NCBI GenBank assembly: GCA_965217895.1 | Contig: CBDCJV010000002.1 | Span: forward strand, 2,048,001 to 2,112,000 | Direction of reading: 5' to 3' | DNA: 64,000 nucleotides | Origin: Waterburya sp. | Lineage (GTDB): Bacteria; Cyanobacteriota; Cyanobacteriia; Cyanobacteriales; Xenococcaceae | Shown here: piece after piece, positions 11,101 to 19,393 of the stretch | Position numbering within the stretch: the first letter of the stretch is position 1 | Layout: every line of letters begins with the position of its first letter | The notes under the pieces: model-generated | Told to the model about the DNA's origin: nothing | What the model saw: the letters and a program-made list of their open reading frames with translations, nothing else | The model's database searches: none | Program-made: the position numbers and the translations under genes

Positions 11101-14100
11101 GAGAATCAACCACCAAACAGTTTAAATAAACTAGAAAGCCTAGATAAAATTATGGCTGCTAATCAACACGACTTTAAAGAAATATTATCTCAGTATTTTA
11201 GCGATCGCAGTTCCTTTTTAGCTGAAATAATTAAAGCAGATCTGGCAACTCTACCAAAGCAATTATTAAATTTAGAAAGCAGAAGCGATCGGGATTTAGT
11301 ACCTATGCTATCTCGGTATTTCCAGATCAGAGGCTCGTTTCTAGGGCAAATCATTAATTCAGACCTAAAATCTTTAAACTATCTCGATGGGTTAAAAACG
11401 CGATCGCCCTACCAAGAATTAGAGTTGAGCAATGCTATAAAATCAAATCTCAATTATCTCAATGGCAATAGTAATAATCATCAACAAGCCGAGCAAAATT
11501 ATGTTAACAAAGCTGTTTCATTGAAGCCAGAAGTAAAGCATCAAGCCGAAGCAGCTAATAATTTGCGATCGCATATCGAACAATTTTTATTAAACTCAGT
11601 TGTCGAGAAAACAGGTTATCCCCTAGAAAGTATCGACCTAAGTTTAAAATTATTAGATGACTTAAATTTAGACTCGATTAAAGCAGGAGAACTAATTGCT
11701 ATAACTGCTAAGAAGTTTGGTGTAGCTGGGCAATTACAGCCCTCTAGTTTGGCTAACGGTACTCTCAAGCAGATAGCAGAAGAAATTGTCTTATCAATTT
11801 CTGGAGATTCAAAAGTAGTCAATGACAATCCTAAAGCTGAAGGCGCGGTACTAGCCAACAAAAATCAGAAAATCGTTCCAAATATTGTAGTTAGATCGTC
11901 AACTTCTACCTGGGTGCGTAATTTTGCGATCGCCTATGTCGAGCAAAAAATACCTCAACGGGATAAAGATTGGTTACAAGCCAAAGTTTTAGTTGTTACT
12001 GACAAGACTCATTTAATTGCTGATGTGGTAGCCGAACAGCTTGGTAATTTAGGTGCGCGAGTTGATCGCATTACTTATCAAGAAATAGATGATAATCTGA
12101 CTGTAACTGCTAACTATTCTGATTATTTTGCGTTGCTACCCCAGACGAGTAGCTCTTTACCATTAAAGACAATGGTAGAAAGGCTTAAAAGCATTGTTAC
12201 GGCTAGTAAAAACAGTCTTACTCCCAATATTGCTTATATTCAGTTTGGCGGTGGTTATTTCGGCGAGCGACCCCGCGCGCGGTCAACGCGCAAGGGAACC
12301 CGCGAGCTTGGACAGGGAAAACAAGCAATATCTCCAGAAGTATGTTGCGCTGCTGCTTTTGCTCGAAGCTGGCATTTAGAGCGTTCGGATTTGCGAGTGC
12401 GAGTTATCGATCTGGCTACAGAAATTGAACCCAATGATGCTGCTCAATTAGCGATCGCCGAACTAGCAGGAAATGAAGCGATTGTTACTGTAGGCTATGA
12501 TGCAAATAAGAGACGTTTAGTTCCCAGACCCCTATTACAGCAACCAGTTCACTACCAAAAGCGCGATCGCTCATGGTCGGAACAAGATGTGATTTTAGTT
12601 ACGGGAGGCGCGAAAGGAATCACCGCCGAGTGTGCTTTAGCTTTAGCGCAGTCAATTGATGTAAGAATGGCAATAGTGGGACGTTCTAACCAATCAAAGG
12701 TAGCTCAAACCTTAGAACGATTTCCTAAGCAAGATCGAATCCGCTACTATACCTGCGATATTACCGATGCTGATGCAGTCAAACGATTAATTACTACGAT
12801 TACTGCCGACTTAGGTACAGTTACTGGCGTAATTCATGGTGCGGGAGTCAATCAGCCTCAAAGAGTTGAAGAAGTCAGTGTTGAAGCTGCGGTTGAAGAA
12901 GTGTCGCCCAAGCTACTAGGAGCATATAACCTCTTGCAATCCTTGGCAGCAACTCCACCAAAGTTATTTATGGCGTTTAGCTCGATCATCGGCGTAACGG
13001 GAATGCCTGGTAATGCTTGGTATGGATTTTCTAACGAATCTCTAGCCATCTTACTGCGCCAGTTTAACCGCCATCACCCAGAAACTCAAACTCTTTCTTT
13101 GGCTTACAGCGTTTGGGGTGAGGTAGGCATGGGAGCGCGTTTGGGTAGTCTCAAAAATCTAGAGCGCATGGGCATTGATGCTATTCCTACCCAAGAAGGA
13201 GTAAATCGCTTTGTTCAGCTTTTTCATTACGATCCAGGAGTACAGCAGATAATTATTGCTGCACGTTTGGGTGGTTTGGATACCTGGCTACCAGATTTTT
13301 CTCCACCAACCAAATTACGTTTTATCGAGTCAGTTTTGCACCTCGAACCCGAAGTAGAATTGACCGCTCGCACTCATCTTAGTTTAGAACGGGATTTATA
13401 CTTACAAGACCATCTCTGGCGCGGGTCTTATCTCTTTCCCACCGTATTCGGTTTAGAAGCAATGGCTCAAGCAACTGCCTACGTTCTGGGGGAAGAAAAA
13501 CCTGCGATCGCAGCAATTGAAGATATTTCTTTGAAACAGCCAATTGTCGTCGATCCAGATCGGGGAGTGGCTATAGAAATTTATGCTGAGGTGTTAGAAG
13601 TCGATCTTCAGGGAGAACGACGAGTCAAAGTCGCAATTCGCAGCGAACAGAGTAACTTTACTAGCGATTGCTTTACCGCCACATTAGTTATTAAAGAGGC
13701 AAAAGCACCAGTAAAACTAGATTTGAAACTAGATCGAGCCTTAGAATTAAATCCCCAAACCGATCTTTATGGCGACTTACTCTTTCAGGGTTCGCGTTTT
13801 CAAAGAATGGGTAAAATTTTTACTCTGACTTCTACAAATTGTGTTTTCCAGGCTGAAATGCGATCGCCAGACGAACTAATAGCAGATAGCTTTACTACTT
13901 ATGAAGATAGCTATCTAATTTTGGGCGATCCTTACTTGAGAGATGTATTACTCCAGTCAGTCCAGCTTACTATTCCCCGCGATATTTCCTTGCCCGTTAA
14001 GATCGGTAAGATTGAACTGTTTAATAATTCTTCAAGTCGCAATAATTCTAACAAAATCGTAACGGCTCATTTGCAACCGCGGTCAGGAAATGAATATTTA

Positions 14101-15951
14101 AGTGAAGTTTTGCTTACCGACGACTCAGGCCTTGTTTTAGAAAAATTGACTAGCTATCGTCTGCGGATTCTCGAAGAACATCCTGATAACCCAACTGCGG
14201 TCGAATTGGCTTTTCCTGAAACTCGCGATCGCCAGCTACTCGATCGGGCTTTAAAATCTGTTACAGATAAGTTCGATCTAAATTTACCTGCTATAGCTCT
14301 GGGAGTTACGCCCAATATACACAAAGTCAGCAAAGAACAACGCCGTCAAATAGAAAAACCGATTGTAGCTGATGCTCTAAATACTAAACTAGGTTTATCC
14401 TCCACAGCAGAAATTGAATTTGAGATTGAGTCTTTAGCTTCTGGGAAACCACAGCTGAAGGGGGCGGAAACCGCAGGATTAGAACTGTCTCTATCTCACT
14501 GCGATCGCTATTGTTTGGCTGTAATAGATAAAACGCCACAAGGATGCGACATTGAGCCAATTACTCTTCGTTTGACAGAAGATTGGCAAGCCCTTTTAGG
14601 AAACTCCCAAAGCGAGATTATTGCAGAATTAATTCAACAAGGAGACAGCCTAGACATGGCTGGTACTAGAATTTGGTCGGCAGGTGAAGCAATTAATAAA
14701 GCCTTCAACGACACTGATGCCCAATTTTCAATTAGCAATCGCGATGGCGATGCGGTGTTGTTAAAGTGTTTGACTCCTACAGGCAAATACTATGTCGTTA
14801 CATTTCCTATTAAATTAACTCGTCCTCTAGAAAGAATCATTGCGATCGCCGTTTCCTTACCTGGAACTGATTCAATCCCTGTAGTTTCTGCCCTCTCAAC
14901 TGATATTGCCGAAAATCGCAGCCATCGCTCCCGTTATACCAGAGACAATCCCCAAGGACAATTAGTTTACGAACAGCGTTTTCAAGCCAGCTTTAAAGAT
15001 AGTGGCAGTATTAGTCGTCACGTCTATTTCTCCCAGTATTTTCGCTGGATTGGTAAAATTCGCGAAATACCGATGGAAAGCATTGCCAACCAAATTTTAA
15101 GAGACTTCTTAACTGGAGAATGGGGCATGGTAACTAATACCGTTAGTCTGCGGGTATTGGGTGAAGCCACTGCTTATGATGTGATTCAAGCCCGCGCTTG
15201 GGTAGGTAATATTGTTGATTCTTCTTTTACTACTTATATTGAATTTTGCCAAGTGCTGCCTGACGAATCTTTAAGCAGACTGGCGATCGCTGAAGTTAAA
15301 GCTACCTGGGTACGTCTAGTTAGCTATGGTGTTCCTTCTCCTATGACTTTTCCAGACTATCTACAAGAATACCTCGACCGATTCGCGACCAAAAAACCAG
15401 CCACTCTCGATCTTAAACAACCCGATTCTTTACCCCTGCCACCATTACCTGCTAGTCTGAAGGAAATAAACTTAGGTCATTTACTACAACAGGCTTCTTC
15501 TCAGGAGCGTTATGGACAGCTAATCTACTCCGAAGTTTTTCAGACAACTCTAGAAGAATCAAATTTAGTCGGTAATGTTTATTACGGCAACTACTTTATC
15601 TGGCAAGGTCGGATTCTCGATCTGTTTCTCTACTCAATCGCTCCTGAATATTTACGGGTTTCAAACCCTCGCGGGGAAATGATTTGTCTGTACAGTCGTA
15701 TGGACTATCTAAAAGAAGCAATGCCTTTTGACAAAATTCGCGTCGATCTTTATGTCAGCTCGGTTTTTGAATCTGGAGCAAAATTTAACTTTGAATTCTT
15801 TCGAGAACAACCAGACGGAAAAAGAGAAAAACTTCACATTGGTCAGCAAGAGGTGGCATGGGTAAAACGGCTAGAAAATGGTACTCCTGTATCTACATCG
15901 TTGCCTCCGATATTGAGACAAAAGCTTTTAAAATCATTTAGCAAAAACTAA
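8176..15951 (+). CDS. pksE: Enediyne-type iterative type I PKS (KS-AT-ACP-KR-DH-PPTase) with two fused C-terminal hot-dog thioesterase domains
   Basis: KS GGGYTVDGACASSL, EGHGTGT, GHTKAAAG; AT FPGQGSQ, GHSLG, NAFHS; ACP DDLNLDSI; KR VTGGAKGIT; DH DHLWRGSYLFP; PPTase SHC..GCDIE..RIWSAGEA; TE HVYFSQYFRWIGKIRE and EESNLVGNVYYGNYFIWQGR. Confidence 0.9.
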   Translation: MPNINRQSKTKATLSAIAVVGMSCQYPGAKDIRQLWSNILAKRQQFRQIPDVRLPIAEYYDRDRSVPDKTYGDRAAVIDGFEFDWIGRRIPQQTVQTTDIVHWLALETANEALKDAGFNRQNVNTAKTGVILGNTLTGEQTRASTLRLRWPYVRRALIASAQARKMSDRVIEALVETMEQFYKSVFAPVNEDSLAGGLSNTIAGRICNFFNFDGGGYTVDGACASSLIATATACSKLVSGDLDLALAGGVDVSLDTFELIGFAKTGALTAGDMAVYDRRASGFIPGEGCGFVVLKRLADARAAGDYVYGVIRGWGISSDGKGGITAPSGIGQSKAILRAYEKAGYHPSELDFIEGHGTGTPVGDRVELEGIALAISQGEAQIKLRSVGITSFKSLVGHTKAAAGVGGLIKAVMAVNQRIIPPTAGCAEANPLFATTAQSIYPVLTGKVCQPNTTLRAGVSAMGFGGINSHLTLESGDHAAEHLKTDLFPKALLVSAQDSEVFILSAISVEKLLERIERLIDLARGISLAEMVDLAALLTRQIDSQQQVRAAIIVTTPKQLAEILQKIKQILADSPPAKGELTTSPTQDFWLANTVNHSKVAFIFPGQGSQRLNMASTLVERYDWAQQLVRQADKWLEEVSCQPVSPLIYCCLEQAADESEITNWFRDLSRAEIASPAICLVSLLWLRYLQELGIEPVAVGGHSLGELTAFYQIGAFDAKTLIQFAAIRGRALANSGKETGAMASLGCDRAFADQIIQQASGYVVIANLNSPSQTVVSGESESIDSVVKIAVARGIQVKKLPVANAFHSEIVREAAKYITNNAAVPAKLVDTATPLFSSIDGKQIQPEVKLSHHFGKQIVSAVDFVALTTNIYQHCDLILEVGSGRVLANLINTTINSKQPVGFCTEGKPTTSKNLNCFLGRLFVANQEINWQALYKNRLVHSFIPPSEKLFIDNPCERPFKVPETYLSQLTPILTENQPPNSLNKLESLDKIMAANQHDFKEILSQYFSDRSSFLAEIIKADLATLPKQLLNLESRSDRDLVPMLSRYFQIRGSFLGQIINSDLKSLNYLDGLKTRSPYQELELSNAIKSNLNYLNGNSNNHQQAEQNYVNKAVSLKPEVKHQAEAANNLRSHIEQFLLNSVVEKTGYPLESIDLSLKLLDDLNLDSIKAGELIAITAKKFGVAGQLQPSSLANGTLKQIAEEIVLSISGDSKVVNDNPKAEGAVLANKNQKIVPNIVVRSSTSTWVRNFAIAYVEQKIPQRDKDWLQAKVLVVTDKTHLIADVVAEQLGNLGARVDRITYQEIDDNLTVTANYSDYFALLPQTSSSLPLKTMVERLKSIVTASKNSLTPNIAYIQFGGGYFGERPRARSTRKGTRELGQGKQAISPEVCCAAAFARSWHLERSDLRVRVIDLATEIEPNDAAQLAIAELAGNEAIVTVGYDANKRRLVPRPLLQQPVHYQKRDRSWSEQDVILVTGGAKGITAECALALAQSIDVRMAIVGRSNQSKVAQTLERFPKQDRIRYYTCDITDADAVKRLITTITADLGTVTGVIHGAGVNQPQRVEEVSVEAAVEEVSPKLLGAYNLLQSLAATPPKLFMAFSSIIGVTGMPGNAWYGFSNESLAILLRQFNRHHPETQTLSLAYSVWGEVGMGARLGSLKNLERMGIDAIPTQEGVNRFVQLFHYDPGVQQIIIAARLGGLDTWLPDFSPPTKLRFIESVLHLEPEVELTARTHLSLERDLYLQDHLWRGSYLFPTVFGLEAMAQATAYVLGEEKPAIAAIEDISLKQPIVVDPDRGVAIEIYAEVLEVDLQGERRVKVAIRSEQSNFTSDCFTATLVIKEAKAPVKLDLKLDRALELNPQTDLYGDLLFQGSRFQRMGKIFTLTSTNCVFQAEMRSPDELIADSFTTYEDSYLILGDPYLRDVLLQSVQLTIPRDISLPVKIGKIELFNNSSSRNNSNKIVTAHLQPRSGNEYLSEVLLTDDSGLVLEKLTSYRLRILEEHPDNPTAVELAFPETRDRQLLDRALKSVTDKFDLNLPAIALGVTPNIHKVSKEQRRQIEKPIVADALNTKLGLSSTAEIEFEIESLASGKPQLKGAETAGLELSLSHCDRYCLAVIDKTPQGCDIEPITLRLTEDWQALLGNSQSEIIAELIQQGDSLDMAGTRIWSAGEAINKAFNDTDAQFSISNRDGDAVLLKCLTPTGKYYVVTFPIKLTRPLERIIAIAVSLPGTDSIPVVSALSTDIAENRSHRSRYTRDNPQGQLVYEQRFQASFKDSGSISRHVYFSQYFRWIGKIREIPMESIANQILRDFLTGEWGMVTNTVSLRVLGEATAYDVIQARAWVGNIVDSSFTTYIEFCQVLPDESLSRLAIAEVKATWVRLVSYGVPSPMTFPDYLQEYLDRFATKKPATLDLKQPDSLPLPPLPASLKEINLGHLLQQASSQERYGQLIYSEVFQTTLEESNLVGNVYYGNYFIWQGRILDLFLYSIAPEYLRVSNPRGEMICLYSRMDYLKEAMPFDKIRVDLYVSSVFESGAKFNFEFFREQPDGKREKLHIGQQEVAWVKRLENGTPVSTSLPPILRQKLLKSFSKN

Positions 15952-16011
15952 TTATGGATCTAGGTCTGTAAAATTAGCTGTAGTTTGAAACAATTTTGAG
16001 GAGCAATTGAT

Positions 16012-16989
16012 ATGGACAATATGGAATTTATTATTAATGCAGTCAGTGGTACTGATGCCAATGACTTTCTCTTGGGCAGTCCTAACAATGATGCGATCGA
16101 GGGAAACGGTGGTAATGATTTGCTACTTGCTAATCTTGGAGATGACGCTTTAGTAGGTGGCAACGGTAACGATGCCATGTTTGGTGGTCCTGGGGTTGAT
16201 GTTTTAGATGGAGGCCCTGACGAGGATACGATCTTTGGTCAAGACGGTCTTGACGCGCTCAACGGTGGTGATGGCAACGATGCCATATTTGGTGGTGCAG
16301 ACCAAGATGCGCTCAACGGTGGCAATGGCGACGACGCTTTGTTTGGTGAGGGCGGTCTTAACTCGATTGACGGTGGTGATGGTCGCGATGCCCTATTTGG
16401 TGGTGAAGATAACGATATTTTAAATGGCGGTGCTGGGGATGATGGTTTATTAGGTAACGGCGGTAATGATGTCTTATTTGGCGAACTGGGCAACGATGTG
16501 ATGTCTGGCGGTGACGGCGACGATCGCATGAATGGCGATAAAAACAACGATGCTATGTTTGGTGGCAACGGTGACGATATCTTAATTGGTGGCGATGATA
16601 ACGACGTGCTTTCTGGAGATGACGGTAGCGATCTTTTAATTGGTGGCGCGGGAATAGACCAAATTACAGGCGGTGCTGGTGCCGATTTCTTTGGTTTGAC
16701 TACCGAAACAGGAGCCAACATTATTACCGATTTTGTAGTTGAAGATGATACTCTCTTTGTCTCCGCTGCGGATTTTGGTGGAGGCTTAACCCCAGGTGCG
16801 CTGATTCAACCAGAGAGTTTTGTCCTGGGAACGTCAGCTACTACGGAGAGCGATCGCTTTATTTACAATGATGCGGACGGTTCTCTATTCTTTGATGTAG
16901 ATGGAGTTGGCGCAAGCGAACAGATTCAAATAGCAAGCTTATCAACAGGACTTGAATTGACTAATAACGATATTTTCGTTTTTGCTTAA
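16012..16989 (+). CDS. RTX (hemolysin-type Ca-binding repeat) protein
   Basis: Many GGxGxDxL nonapeptides; C-terminal DRFIYN..GSLFFDVDG..DIFVFA typical of type I secreted proteins. Confidence 0.9.
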   Translation: MDNMEFIINAVSGTDANDFLLGSPNNDAIEGNGGNDLLLANLGDDALVGGNGNDAMFGGPGVDVLDGGPDEDTIFGQDGLDALNGGDGNDAIFGGADQDALNGGNGDDALFGEGGLNSIDGGDGRDALFGGEDNDILNGGAGDDGLLGNGGNDVLFGELGNDVMSGGDGDDRMNGDKNNDAMFGGNGDDILIGGDDNDVLSGDDGSDLLIGGAGIDQITGGAGADFFGLTTETGANIITDFVVEDDTLFVSAADFGGGLTPGALIQPESFVLGTSATTESDRFIYNDADGSLFFDVDGVGASEQIQIASLSTGLELTNNDIFVFA

Positions 16990-17039
16990 TTCATATAAAC
17001 CGCACCTCTATATTACCGAGAATAGAAAAGGAGACAATA

Positions 17040-17417
17040 ATGAAAATTCTCAGCCCTAAAATTCATGGATATCTAGACTATTTAGTAGTTGTCTGGTTTT
17101 TAGCTGCACCGACGTTATTCGGCTTGACTGACGTTGCTGCTAATATTTCTTATGCTCTGGCGATTATTCATCTAGGGTTAACTGTTTTGACGGCTTTTCC
17201 CTTGGGTGTAATTAAAGTAATTCCCTTGCAGTTTCACGGCGCGATCGAATTTATTGTCTCTTTTGCTTTGATTGCTTTGCCCTGGGTACTAGGATTTGCT
17301 TCAGTGGCATCGGCGCGTAATTTTTATATCGCTTCAGGAATTGCCATCTTTATAGTTTGGCTGATTACTCGCTATCAAAGTGCAGGAGTTAAAACAAAAA
17401 CAATCAATCAACCATAA
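17040..17417 (+). CDS. Small 4-TM membrane protein (SPW-repeat-like)
   Basis: HGYLDY..AAPTLFG, HGAIEF..LPWVLGF; four hydrophobic helices. Confidence 0.7.
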   Translation: MKILSPKIHGYLDYLVVVWFLAAPTLFGLTDVAANISYALAIIHLGLTVLTAFPLGVIKVIPLQFHGAIEFIVSFALIALPWVLGFASVASARNFYIASGIAIFIVWLITRYQSAGVKTKTINQP

Positions 17418-17542
17418 AGATTATCTAGTTAAGAAGTTAAGCAATCGCATTTAATTCTCGAATAGAAATACCGATCTATCATTAGAACACAGTTAAATAC
17501 TCACAATAATAATCTTTCGTCTTTAATCGATCAAAATAAATA

Positions 17543-19300
17543 ATGCTTACTGCTAAATTATTAGAATACGACGTAGTAATTATGGGTGCGGGTTTTGCTG
17601 GACTCTGCCAAGCTCGGCACTTAATGCTTAATGTTCCAGGAGTAAAAGTTGCTTTAGTCGATCCGCGACCCGAAAAGCGATCTCATAAAGATCTGAAAAT
17701 TGGTGAATCGACGATCGAAATTGCGGCTCTTTTTCTGTCCAAAGAATTAGGTCTGCACGAATACTTAATTGAAAACCACGCACCCAAAAAAGGCTTGAAT
17801 TTTCACTGGGCAAAAAACGGAGGCGCGGGTAAAACCAACGCTATAGAAGACTACTACCACGTTTGGTCAAACCGACAAGTACCAATTCCTTCTTTTCAAA
17901 TTAATCGAGCGAGGTTTGAAGAGGACTTGCTGGCTATGAATCAAGAAATGGGGGCTGTATTCTATCACGGGCGAGTAGTTGATGCCGATCTTACTCCCAA
18001 AGATGTAGTTAAAATCGTCACGATCAAAACTGGTGGAGAAAACTTGGAACTAAAAGCCAAGCACGTTATTGATGCTGCTGGTCGCAAGTTTATCATTGGG
18101 CGCAAAACAGACAATCTAATTTTTGAACCAGAAAATCTGATGGGATTGAATACTGGTTCTGCCTGGATGCGGATTAAAAACGCCGACCGCACTATTTTCC
18201 ACGACGGATATGACCCAACGGGAGCATCAACCAGTCATTACTACTCTACTAATCATTTTTTTGGGCGCGGTCATTGGCTGTGGATGATTCCTACCGATAC
18301 TGAATCTGGAGAATTATCTATTGGCATGATTCACCATCATCAAGAGTTACCAGCTAGCCAAGTTAATACCCAAGAAAAATTCCGTACTTTTCTGCAAAAT
18401 AACCATGCCATCTTAGATCGGTTGATTGAAAGTGGCGAACCAGTAGATTTTCAGTATCGATCGCGTTTGGCACACACTAGTAAAACCATGTTCTCAGAAG
18501 ACAACTGGTACGTACTCGGCGATGCTGCCTATATCTTCGATGCCTTTTATTCCTTTGGCACAACAACCGTTGCTTTAGCTATTGAAGCAATCACCGAAAT
18601 CGTGCGGGCTAAACTTGCTCAAGAACCAGATGCCGAAGCCAAACGTGCTGCATACAATGAGTTTAACTTGGCTTATGCCCGTAGCGTTAACTGTCTCTAT
18701 CGGGGTCACGATAAACAGCTAGGTCATGCCAGCGTCATGAGCTGGCGCATTTACTTTGAGTATATGTGGTGGTTTGGGGTTCAAGTCCCGATGTACGTTG
18801 GTAAATGGCATTTGGATCTCACCTTCATCTCGATATATGTCAAAACTTTAAATAGTAATGTAGATGGGCTGTTTGCCGATGTATGCCAACAGTTCGAGCA
18901 GTTGGTAGAACAAGATGTCAACCTTGGTTTAATGGACTGTTACCGCGCCGATGGATTGCTGGGTAACTATCACACCCTCAAGCACTTTGATCGCTTCTTA
19001 GAAAATACTAAACTCGAACCCAGACACTGCAACGTTTTTGCAGGTCTAAAATCTACTTGTTTTTATGCTGCTATTTGGTATGCCAAGTTTCAGTGGAAGG
19101 GTTTTGGCGTGCGGGGATTGTTAAGACCCCTCAGTCTTTATCATTTTGGTAGGTTATTAGCACTATCGGCTCAAGGAGCAATAGGCGAACTGGTCTACAA
19201 ATCTAAAACTAGAAATTTACCTGCTAACAGTCAAGTCGAACAAATGCAGCGAGAGTTTGAGTCTTACCAATACCAAACCGAACTACAGCCTTGGATTTAA
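17543..19300 (+). CDS. Flavin-dependent halogenase-like enzyme 1
   Basis: GAGFAG FAD motif, LKIGEST (putative catalytic Lys), WLWMIP (WxWxIP), GDAA..FDAFYSFG. Confidence 0.8.
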   Translation: MLTAKLLEYDVVIMGAGFAGLCQARHLMLNVPGVKVALVDPRPEKRSHKDLKIGESTIEIAALFLSKELGLHEYLIENHAPKKGLNFHWAKNGGAGKTNAIEDYYHVWSNRQVPIPSFQINRARFEEDLLAMNQEMGAVFYHGRVVDADLTPKDVVKIVTIKTGGENLELKAKHVIDAAGRKFIIGRKTDNLIFEPENLMGLNTGSAWMRIKNADRTIFHDGYDPTGASTSHYYSTNHFFGRGHWLWMIPTDTESGELSIGMIHHHQELPASQVNTQEKFRTFLQNNHAILDRLIESGEPVDFQYRSRLAHTSKTMFSEDNWYVLGDAAYIFDAFYSFGTTTVALAIEAITEIVRAKLAQEPDAEAKRAAYNEFNLAYARSVNCLYRGHDKQLGHASVMSWRIYFEYMWWFGVQVPMYVGKWHLDLTFISIYVKTLNSNVDGLFADVCQQFEQLVEQDVNLGLMDCYRADGLLGNYHTLKHFDRFLENTKLEPRHCNVFAGLKSTCFYAAIWYAKFQWKGFGVRGLLRPLSLYHFGRLLALSAQGAIGELVYKSKTRNLPANSQVEQMQREFESYQYQTELQPWI

Positions 19301-19338
19301 TAAATAGCTTTCCTGAAGGATACCGCCTTCTTATATTC

Positions 19339-19366
19339 GTAGAGGCGAACAATTGTTCGCCTCTAC
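19339..19366. repeat. Perfect 28-bp GTAG-type REP-like palindrome between the halogenase genes
   Basis: GTAGAGGCGAACAA|TTGTTCGCCTCTAC; degenerate relative near 48795-48822. Confidence 0.75.
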
Positions 19367-19393
19367 CTTTCTACTTTTTTAATAAAACCAACT

